IMG/VR virus record: IMGVR_UViG_2563366838_000011
DNA length: 14,507 nucleotides
Strand: one strand, 5' to 3'
Source: a virus
Lineage: Duplodnaviria; Heunggongvirae; Uroviricota; Caudoviricetes
Shown: positions 7,907 to 14,507 of the stretch, one piece after another
Layout: each line of letters begins with the position of its first letter
Position numbering within the stretch: position 1 is the stretch's first letter
Program-made: the position numbers and the translations under genes
Notes under the pieces: generated by a model
Told to the model about the DNA's origin: nothing
Seen by the model: only the letters and a program-made list of their open reading frames with translations
The model's database searches: none

Positions 7907-10649
7907 TCTTATCCGTCAGGTTATCAGTGCGTCTGAAAACAACTGGCCTCATGTGCTGGGCTGCCTGAACATAAATGTCCCTGACTCTCCGCGCCGTCAT
8001 GCTCCCTGCCCTGCATGTGGGGGCAAAGATCGATTCCGGTTCGATGACAACGGGCGCGGTAGCTTCATCTGTAATCAGTGCGGCGCTGGTGATGGGCTGG
8101 ATTTAATTAAACGCGTAAATAACTGCGACACAACAGAGGCGGCGCTTCTTGCCGCTGATGTTCTGGGTATTGATTACCGGACAACGGAAACACCAGAAGC
8201 CACCAGCCAGAAACGGGAACAACTGGAAACCGAGCGCCAGCGACGCGAACAGGAGCGCCTGAAAAGGGCAGAGAAGGACGAACAACAAAGACGGGATACG
8301 TTTTCCCGTCAGTTTGATGACATGCGCAGAAAGGCTGTAAACGGCAAATCTGATTATCTGGTTGCGAAAGGGGTAGGTGATTTTACATTCCCCGTGTTGC
8401 CCGATGGATCTCTGTTGCTGGCGCTGGTGGATAAATCCGGCGCAGTAACAGCAGCACAGACTATTACCTCACATGGTGAAAAAAGACTCCTGACAGGTTC
8501 AGCAAAGCGAGGGGCATATCACGCCATAAACGCACCAGAAACAACACAGAGCATCTTAATCGCAGAAGGGCTGGCAACGGCATTATCTGCCCATTTAATG
8601 CGTCCAGAGGCGCTGACAGTGGCGGCGATTGATGCCGGGAACCTGTTATATGTCGCCCAGGTACTGCGGGATAAATTTCCTTCAGCACAAATCATCATTG
8701 CTGCGGATAACGACCACAGCGAAGGAAGACAAAACACGGGGAGAATAGCAGCAGAAAAAGCAGCTTTATCTGTTTCTGGATGGGTGGCATTACCCCCGAC
8801 AGATCACAAAGCAGACTGGAATGATTACCACCAAAAACACGGCATTAAATGCGCCACAGAAGCGTTCAATAAGTCAATGTACCAACCACAGGGTAATGGC
8901 GTGAAACAGGAGCCACAGACCATTGAGGGAAGCGATTTTAAGGTTATGGATACCGATCCACTGAAACCAAGAATAGAAAGCCGCGAGGATGGTATTTATT
9001 GGGTATCTCCGAGAGCTGACAGCCAGAGTGGAGAAATCATCAATAACGAAAGCTGGTTATGTTCTCCGTTAAGCGTTATCGGTACTGGCAGAGACGATAA
9101 AGACCAGTATCTCATTCTTCGCTGGCTGTCGTTTGGTTCTGAAACGCCGACAACCGCTGCCATTCCACTGGCTGATATTGGTGAACGTGAAGGATGGCGC
9201 ACACTTAAAGCTGGTGGGGTAAATGTCACGACCAAAAGCAGCCTCAGAGCAATACTGGCAGACTGGCTACAACGCAGTGGCTCTCGTGAATTGTGGCGTG
9301 TTGCTCATGCCACTGGCTGGCAATGCGGAGCGTACATCATGCCTGATGGGGAAATCATCGGAACACCTGAAAATCCTGTGCTGTTCAGCGGGAGAAGCTC
9401 AGCCGCAGCCGGATATACCGTCTCAGGGAGCGCGAAAAGCTGGCGTGATAACGTGGCGCGTCTGGCCTTTGGTAACTATTCAATGATGACCGGGATCGGC
9501 GCAGCACTGGCAGCGCCATTGATTGGGCTGGTGGGCGCTGACGGGTTCGGCATTCATTTCTATGAGCAGTCGAGCGCAGGTAAGACCACCACGGCAAACG
9601 TGGCGAGCAGCTTATACGGCAACCCTGATTTACTGCGGCTGACGTGGTACGGAACCGCGCTGGGGCTGGCAAATGAGGCCGCCGCCCACAATGACGGACT
9701 AATGCCGCTTGATGAAGTTGGTCAGGGCGCTGATCCTGTCAGCGTTTCACAGTCTGCCTATGCGTTATTTAACGGTGTAGGGAAACTGCAAGGCGCTAAA
9801 GATGGTGGAAACCGGGATCTAAAACGCTGGCGTACAGTGGCAATCAGCACCGGAGAAATGGATTTAGAAACATTTATCGCTACTTCCGGGCGAAAAACCA
9901 AAGCCGGGCAACTGGTGCGACTGCTGAATATTCCGTTGAGTAAAGCAGTACGCTTTCACGATTACCAGAACGGAAAACAGCACGCAGACGCACTGAAAGA
10001 CGCTTACCAGCATCACCACGGCGCGTCCGGGCGTGAGTGGATTAAATGGCTGGCAGACCACCAGCAACAGGCTATTAAAACCGTTCGTGACTGCGAAAGC
10101 AGATGGAGAAGCCTGATCCCATCCGATTATGGTGAGCAGGTTCACCGTGTAGCCGCGCGATTTGCCATTCTGGAGGCCGCATTGTTGTTAGGCGAGGTTG
10201 TAACAGGCTGGGATGCTCAGACATGCCGTGATGCGATACAGCACAGCTATAACGCATGGTTGCGCGAGTTCGGCACAGGTAACAAAGAGCATCAGCAGAT
10301 TATTGAACAAACGGAGGCATTTCTTAATGCCTATGGGCTTAGCCGTTTTGCACCATTTCCATACAGCCCGGCAGATTTGCCCATCAAAGATTTAGCCGGA
10401 TACCGTCAGCGTGGAGAACATGACGAAAGCCCAATGATTTTCTACACATTCCCGGCCACATTTGAAAAGGAGATCGCATGTGGTTTCAACGCAAAACAGT
10501 TTGCTGAAGTGTTGAAAAAAGCCGGGATGCTAACCCCACCAAACAGCGGTCGTGGATACCAAAGAAAATCACCACGTATTCAGGGACGACAAATAAACGT
10601 TTATGTACTCAATTACCAGCCAGGAGATTATAACTCATCTGAAGAATGA
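7893..10649 (+). CDS. primase-helicase replication protein (P4 alpha-like / PICI Pri-Rep): zinc-ribbon, TOPRIM and P-loop NTPase domains
   Basis: 918-919-aa ORF (ATG 7893, or GTG 7890 as in the track); Cys motif CPACGG...CNQCG; TOPRIM-like segment ILIAEGLATALS...IIIAADNDH; Walker A motif SSAGKTT near residue 555; iteron origin immediately downstream. Confidence 0.88.
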   Translation: MRNIDLIRQVISASENNWPHVLGCLNINVPDSPRRHAPCPACGGKDRFRFDDNGRGSFICNQCGAGDGLDLIKRVNNCDTTEAALLAADVLGIDYRTTETPEATSQKREQLETERQRREQERLKRAEKDEQQRRDTFSRQFDDMRRKAVNGKSDYLVAKGVGDFTFPVLPDGSLLLALVDKSGAVTAAQTITSHGEKRLLTGSAKRGAYHAINAPETTQSILIAEGLATALSAHLMRPEALTVAAIDAGNLLYVAQVLRDKFPSAQIIIAADNDHSEGRQNTGRIAAEKAALSVSGWVALPPTDHKADWNDYHQKHGIKCATEAFNKSMYQPQGNGVKQEPQTIEGSDFKVMDTDPLKPRIESREDGIYWVSPRADSQSGEIINNESWLCSPLSVIGTGRDDKDQYLILRWLSFGSETPTTAAIPLADIGEREGWRTLKAGGVNVTTKSSLRAILADWLQRSGSRELWRVAHATGWQCGAYIMPDGEIIGTPENPVLFSGRSSAAAGYTVSGSAKSWRDNVARLAFGNYSMMTGIGAALAAPLIGLVGADGFGIHFYEQSSAGKTTTANVASSLYGNPDLLRLTWYGTALGLANEAAAHNDGLMPLDEVGQGADPVSVSQSAYALFNGVGKLQGAKDGGNRDLKRWRTVAISTGEMDLETFIATSGRKTKAGQLVRLLNIPLSKAVRFHDYQNGKQHADALKDAYQHHHGASGREWIKWLADHQQQAIKTVRDCESRWRSLIPSDYGEQVHRVAARFAILEAALLLGEVVTGWDAQTCRDAIQHSYNAWLREFGTGNKEHQQIIEQTEAFLNAYGLSRFAPFPYSPADLPIKDLAGYRQRGEHDESPMIFYTFPATFEKEIACGFNAKQFAEVLKKAGMLTPPNSGRGYQRKSPRIQGRQINVYVLNYQPGDYNSSEE

Positions 10650-10674
10650 GCTTCTTCATGTGCGTAGAAAAGGT

Positions 10675-10785
10675 GTTGGTTCAGTTGGTTCAGTTGGTTC
10701 AATTTGTAAAGAGTATTGTTTTATAAGGATTTTATTCTTTTTATTGAACCAACACTGAACCAACAACACGGTATTTTGAACCAAC
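10675..10785 (+). repeat. iteron-type replication origin: three tandem GTTGGTTCA (10675-10701), 43-bp AT-rich spacer, three inverted copies TGAACCAAC (10745-10753, 10756-10764, 10777-10785)
   Basis: read directly from sequence; sits just 3' of the primase-helicase gene, the usual ori position in P4-like satellites and PICIs; the track ORFs overlapping it (10656-10895 minus, 10716-10967 plus) are probably spurious. Confidence 0.7.
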
Positions 10786-10836
10786 ACAATGTGACTGAAT
10801 TGATGCGCACAACACCTGGCTGGCATCAGAGAGTGT

Positions 10837-10911
10837 TTTACGAGACTTTCGTAAAATCCTGTGTACAAGGGCGTGACGTTTTTGAAAGTGAGCACTACGA
10901 AATTTTCGTAG
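10837..10911 (+). promoter_or_regulatory. two related dyads TTTACGA-N5-TCGTAAA (10837-10855) and CTACGAA-ATT-TTCGTAG (10895-10911); candidate operator pair
   Basis: 7-bp perfect inverted arms sharing an ACGA/TCGT core, about 58 bp apart, in the non-coding region between the ori and the downstream operon. Confidence 0.3.
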
Positions 10912-11105
10912 TTCAGAAAACAGCCTCTGAGAAGTTGTTATGCCTGTTCAGCAAACCATCCGCATAGCTGATCGCGAATCAAATTACCAATGGAGCCAGA
11001 AGCAAGGGCAGAACTGAAAAGCGCCTGCCGTGAAGAGTAATGCGACACCATAAATATAGTTTTTAGAGTCCATAAAAAACCTGTCAAAACCTGACACACA
11101 GAACG

Positions 11106-11138
11106 ATGCCACCAGCTACTGAGCGGTGGCATTTTTTT
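11106..11138 (+). terminator. rho-independent terminator (8-bp stem ATGCCACC / GGTGGCAT, 11-nt loop, then TTTTTTT)
   Basis: perfect 8-bp GC-rich stem at 11106-11113 / 11125-11132 followed by 7 T at 11132-11138; oriented for + strand transcripts. Confidence 0.55.
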
Positions 11139-11233
11139 GTGCTATTTGTTTCATATTTTGCAATTACGATGATGAATATTGCGATTTGTGAAACTATAAT
11201 AACTGTTGTTTTATACAGTTCTAAGGGGGCGTT

Positions 11234-11395
11234 ATGGCTATTTCAGTAAAGCCGGTATTGATAAGTGAGAAGCAAATGGAAGCGATAAAGAAAATTCAGG
11301 AAGAGCAGCGTAAAAAATCAGGAATTGGAGTAGCGCCAACTCTGCATGAAATTGCACGAGGGTTAATAGATAAGGCGCTGGCAGGCTGTATGTGA
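11234..11395 (+). CDS. small protein (53 aa), possible ribbon-helix-helix-type DNA-binding regulator
   Basis: not in the ORF track (below its length cutoff); ATG at 11234 with AAGGGGG upstream and a TATAAT box at 11195-11200; translation MAISVKPVLISEKQMEAIKKIQEEQRKKSGIGVAPTLHEIARGLIDKALAGCM has a strand-helix-helix layout compatible with an RHH fold (inference). Confidence 0.45.
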   Translation: MAISVKPVLISEKQMEAIKKIQEEQRKKSGIGVAPTLHEIARGLIDKALAGCM

Positions 11396-11411
11396 AAATG
11401 GATGGCATCGC

Positions 11412-11873
11412 ATGGAACTAAAATTTATTGATAACCCTGTGCGATTACAGGCCTTTCTTAACGAGCCAGGCAATACCGAAAATATTGTTGAGCCGGGGCA
11501 CACGTACTACATCAAGCCTGATGCGGTATATCTCGGCATCTACGAAGGATTAGTGCTGGCTGGCGTTCATGAAGTGCGTAACTTCTGGCATAGCGTTGTT
11601 GAATGCCATGCGGTGTACGACCCCGGATTCCGTGGTGAATATGCACTGCAAGGACATCGATTATTCTGCAAATGGCTTCTCGAAAACTCACCATTCCTTA
11701 ACAGCATCACTATGGTTCCTGACACCACGAAATACGGACGGGCAATTATCCGTTTGCTTGGCGCTACCCGTGTTGGTCACCTTGATGATGCTTATATCAG
11801 ATGTGGTAAACCCGTCGGCGTAACGCTTTATCAGTTAACTCGGCAACAATATAAGGAATTCAGCGAATGTTAA
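11412..11873 (+). CDS. hypothetical phage protein (153 aa), first gene of the virion-protein-like operon
   Basis: ATG at 11412, 17 nt after the small ORF; its stop overlaps the next start (ATGTTAA); no family recognised; occupies the position of P22 gp14 in a 14-7-20-16-like gene order (positional inference only). Confidence 0.6.
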   Translation: MELKFIDNPVRLQAFLNEPGNTENIVEPGHTYYIKPDAVYLGIYEGLVLAGVHEVRNFWHSVVECHAVYDPGFRGEYALQGHRLFCKWLLENSPFLNSITMVPDTTKYGRAIIRLLGATRVGHLDDAYIRCGKPVGVTLYQLTRQQYKEFSEC

Positions 11874-12544
11874 TTACCCATATAGCTCATAAACATCTCA
11901 ATCGTGCCGTATACGAAAAAGGCGGTGATGGTGGTGCCTCTAAAGCTCAGGCGAAGGCCCAGCAGCAGGCAATTGATTTGCAGCGCGAGCAGTGGAATAC
12001 GGTGATGAATAATCTCAAGCCGTATGCAGAAGTCGGATTGCCTGCTTTACAACAACTACAAGGACTGATGACTCTGGAAGGGCAGAATAAAGCCGCGAAT
12101 GATTTCTTTGGTTCTGGTTTATATAAAACACAGGCAGATCAGGCCCGTTATCAGAACCTTGTCTCAGCAGAAGCTACCGGGGGGCTTGGCTCAACAGCTA
12201 CCAGTAACCAGTTATCTTCCATTGCGCCCATGCTTTATAACAATTGGCTTAGTGGGCAAATGCAAAATTATGGAAACCTGCTAAATGTCGGGATGAATGC
12301 GGCATCAGGGCAGGCAACGGCAGGGCAAAACTACGCCAATAATACCGGACAACTCTTGCAGGGGCTTGGCGCTATTCGTGCAGGTCAGGCGCAGCAGCCA
12401 TCCAGTCTTGCGCGTGGTATTGGTGGGGCAGCATCAGGCGCTTTAGCGGGTGCGCAACTTGGTTCCGTTGTTCCTGGAATAGGAACTGCGGCCGGCGCTA
12501 TTGGTGGTGGGCTTATTGGTCTTGTTGGGGGGCTTGGATTCTAA
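11867..12544 (+). CDS. putative phage DNA-ejection/internal virion protein with C-terminal glycine-zipper segment
   Basis: 225-aa ORF with AAGGA upstream; Gln/Asn/Ala-rich middle; C-terminus GIGGAASGALAGAQLGSVVPGIGTAAGAIGGGLIGLVGGLGF made of GxxxG/GxxxA repeats typical of membrane-inserting glycine zippers; size and position resemble P22 gp7-type ejection proteins (inference). Confidence 0.6.
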   Translation: MLITHIAHKHLNRAVYEKGGDGGASKAQAKAQQQAIDLQREQWNTVMNNLKPYAEVGLPALQQLQGLMTLEGQNKAANDFFGSGLYKTQADQARYQNLVSAEATGGLGSTATSNQLSSIAPMLYNNWLSGQMQNYGNLLNVGMNAASGQATAGQNYANNTGQLLQGLGAIRAGQAQQPSSLARGIGGAASGALAGAQLGSVVPGIGTAAGAIGGGLIGLVGGLGF

Positions 12545-13863
12545 TGGCGACATGGCAACTTGGCGGGCTGCCTAGCATGGCACCGCAAAATGATAATGCT
12601 CCTCGTTCTTCCGTTCCTCAGCCTGTGCAGTATCAGCAGCAGCCAAACGTAGGTTTAATGGCGCTACAGGGGCTAAGAGGCGTTGCTGAGATTAATCAGC
12701 AGGCGCAAATTTCCCAGCAGCTAAAAGAATATCAGGCACGGTTGGGTAGTGCGGTAGCTAATAATGATCGTGTTGGCGTGCATAAGTTAATGGCCCAGTA
12801 TCCCCAGTTTATGGCTGATTCTCAAAAACAGATGGGATTCATTGATGCTGAGCAAAATCGGCAGACCGCTGACGCTGCCATGAATCTGCGTCTTGCGTCA
12901 CAAACTGGAGATCCACTGACCATGCAGAAGGCCATTCAGCAGGCAAATCCAGTATTACAGCGATTTGGTCTTCCTGCTGAAGAGGTTTATCAGTCTTGGC
13001 AGAATGACCCACAGGAATTCAACAGAATCACTGACCTCATCCACCTCCATGCTGATCCAAATAGTTACTTTAGTGTTCAAGAGAAGCAGCAAGGGCAGAG
13101 TATTGCACAGCAGAACGCAGATACATCTGCATATAATGCTCAGGTTAATGCGGAGCAGGGTAATCGGCGGCTCGATATGGAGCAGTTCAAAGTCCTATCC
13201 GATAACCAACTACGCACGAGAGAAATGGTTCTGAAAGCACGACTTGGACGTGCTCAAAATGACATCGAGAGAGACAAGCTCAATGCTGAACTGAGCAAGG
13301 TACAGCAGGCGAAAGTGGAGAAGATGAACGATAAAATTAATACTGTTGCAGGTAATATCGACTCCTTGAACTCTGCGCTTGAAGTGGGTCATGAACTGGC
13401 GGGAATTGTAGGGAAACATCCTTCGGCCGTTACCCGTTCGCAGAACTATAACCCCCTGACGCTGGGGTTTGGATTCCTCCCTGATGTAGCAGAAGACACA
13501 CGAAGCCTACGCGCCAAAGCTGATGAATACAACCTAAAGGTTATTCTGCCTAGCCTAAAAGGTACTTTTGGCTCTAACCCAACCGAAGGGGAAAGGGCTG
13601 CCCTTATGCAATCTCAAAATGGCATTAAGTCAGCAACCAGCAATGAGGCATTTTTGCGAGAGTTGAATAAAGCGCAGGACGTAATTATTCGAATGCAGAA
13701 ACGACAGATTGCCGGGCTCGGTATTCCTGTAACCAAATCTAAGGACGAAGAAACTGATACCAAAATGCTGTTGCAGGATCCTTCACTGGTTAAGGATTAT
13801 GTGACCGCACATGGCTATCTGCCGGAAAGTTACTATCAGGCAAAACTTAAGGGATGGCAATGA
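12544..13863 (+). CDS. putative phage ejection/internal virion protein, Gln-rich coiled-coil protein (439 aa)
   Basis: start overlaps the upstream stop (TAATG); very Gln/Ala/Asn-rich with heptad-like charged stretches (LRTREMVLKARLGRAQNDIERDKLNAELSKVQQAKVEKMNDKIN); no family recognised; positional analog of P22 gp20 or T7 gp15 (inference). Confidence 0.6.
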   Translation: MATWQLGGLPSMAPQNDNAPRSSVPQPVQYQQQPNVGLMALQGLRGVAEINQQAQISQQLKEYQARLGSAVANNDRVGVHKLMAQYPQFMADSQKQMGFIDAEQNRQTADAAMNLRLASQTGDPLTMQKAIQQANPVLQRFGLPAEEVYQSWQNDPQEFNRITDLIHLHADPNSYFSVQEKQQGQSIAQQNADTSAYNAQVNAEQGNRRLDMEQFKVLSDNQLRTREMVLKARLGRAQNDIERDKLNAELSKVQQAKVEKMNDKINTVAGNIDSLNSALEVGHELAGIVGKHPSAVTRSQNYNPLTLGFGFLPDVAEDTRSLRAKADEYNLKVILPSLKGTFGSNPTEGERAALMQSQNGIKSATSNEAFLRELNKAQDVIIRMQKRQIAGLGIPVTKSKDEETDTKMLLQDPSLVKDYVTAHGYLPESYYQAKLKGWQ

Positions 13864-14370
13864 TGGCACAACTGACAGAAAAACAGAAAGCCTATTCCCG
13901 TCATCTCGATGAAAAATATGGTTTCCCATCAGGGACGATGGAAACATTAGTTGGCAATGAATCTAGTGGTAACGGAAGTGCCGAGTCACCGAAAGGAGCT
14001 AGAGGATTTGCTCAACTGATGCCCTCAGTAATGAGTGATGCTGGTTATCGTGGAACAGATCCGCGCTCACTGCCATTTGAAAAGCAAATGGATATCGCAG
14101 CAAACCATCTCAATAAAGGAATGAAGCGATTTGGTGATATAGGTATGGCATTGGCTGGGTATAATTCTGGCTATGCTCGTATTAATGCCGTAAGAAACGG
14201 TAAATCTACACTGCCAGATGAAACGGCTAATTACGTAAGTAAATTTGCAGATGCCGGAATAATCCCTGATGACAGTGAAATCTTGCAGTTTGCACAAACC
14301 AGTCAACATCGCAATCTTCAGCAGCCTGACTACTCAGAGCTTGATAAAGAAATCTCTCAGGTGGGAGATA
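13860..14370 (+). CDS. lytic transglycosylase (SLT) domain protein, N-terminal part of a phage internal virion/ejection-type protein, interrupted by an IS insertion
   Basis: ATG at 13860 (AAGGG 6 nt upstream, overlaps the upstream stop); SLT family-1 motifs in order: ES in VGNESSGN, GFAQLMP, AGYNSGY; the frame runs without a stop into the IS terminus at 14371, so the native 3' part is displaced. Confidence 0.6.
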
Positions 14371-14507
14371 TGAACCGCCCCGGGTTTCCTGGAGAGTGTT
14401 TTATCTGTGAACTCAGGCTGCCAGATCATCGTTTCCGATGGAAGCATAATAAGCTTTTTCTGCTTCTGCCGGAGGAGTATGGCCCAGCCTTTCCAGCAAT
14501 CGTCGAT
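14371..14507 (-). mobile_element. IS3-family insertion sequence terminus (IS629/IS1203-like), partial, continues beyond the window
   Basis: sequence from 14371 (TGAACCGCCCCGGGTTTCCTGGAGAGTG...) matches my recollection of the IS629 terminal inverted repeat; the minus strand encodes a typical IS3-family OrfB C-terminus. Confidence 0.7.
14413..14507 (-). CDS. IS3-family transposase OrfB, C-terminal fragment (5' end outside the window)
   Basis: minus-strand translation ends ...RRLLERLGHTPPAEAEKAYYASIGNDDLAA with stop TGA (complement of 14413-14415). Confidence 0.7.
   Translation of the reverse strand, partial: RRLLERLGHTPPAEAEKAYYASIGNDDLAA

Noticed and set aside
8103-10395. Multiple short ORFs on both strands inside the primase-helicase gene (e.g. 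8103-8288, 8464-8737, 8996-9235, 9223-9486, 9385-9672, 9864-10257, 10213-10395)
   Set aside because: All embedded in a 2.76-kb gene with recognisable zinc-ribbon, TOPRIM and Walker A motifs; typical off-frame artefacts.
10675-10785. Short tandem repeats considered as a possible CRISPR array
   Set aside because: Only 9-bp units, three contiguous copies with no spacers, then inverted copies; this is iteron architecture, not repeat-spacer architecture, and no cas genes are present.
10656-10967. ORFs 10656-10895 (minus) and 10716-10967 (plus) across the origin region
   Set aside because: Both run through the iteron and AT-rich sequences; the translations are dominated by repeat-derived residues (EPTEPTEP on the minus strand) and lack RBS; interpreted as non-coding ori DNA.
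12099-12284. Nested + strand ORF inside the 225-aa glycine-zipper gene
   Set aside because: Alternative frame within a coupled operon gene; no start signals.
13860-14507. Reading the SLT-domain ORF straight through to the window end as one intact gene
   Set aside because: The final 137 nt have IS-terminus character and encode a transposase C-terminus on the opposite strand, so the apparent in-frame extension (MNRPGFPGECFICELRL...) is read-through into IS sequence, not native protein.

Overview
The window opens in conserved E. coli-type chromosome: a complete proA (1-1254) followed by tRNA-Thr (thrW-like, 1369-1444). Directly after the tRNA 3' end an integrated mobile element begins, with the gene order typical of P4-family satellites and Gram-negative phage-inducible chromosomal islands (PICIs). 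It carries a tyrosine integrase (1610-2824), a repeat-rich regulatory spacer, an AlpA-family regulator (3253-3456) and a run of translationally coupled small genes that includes an AntA/Rha-type antirepressor-like protein. These are followed by a 919-aa zinc-finger/TOPRIM/P-loop primase-helicase (7893-10649) and an iteron-type origin just downstream (10675-10785). After a hairpin-plus-T-run terminator (11106-11138) comes a second coupled operon that resembles phage virion DNA-ejection or internal proteins, ending in a gene with an N-terminal lytic transglycosylase domain. That last gene is cut at 14370/14371 by the terminus of an IS3-family insertion sequence (IS629/IS1203-like) that runs off the window. 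All credible genes lie on the + strand except the IS transposase fragment. No CRISPR array, rRNA or other structured RNA gene was recognised. No search could be run, so most island gene names are motif-level or positional inferences, and several small genes are hypothetical.
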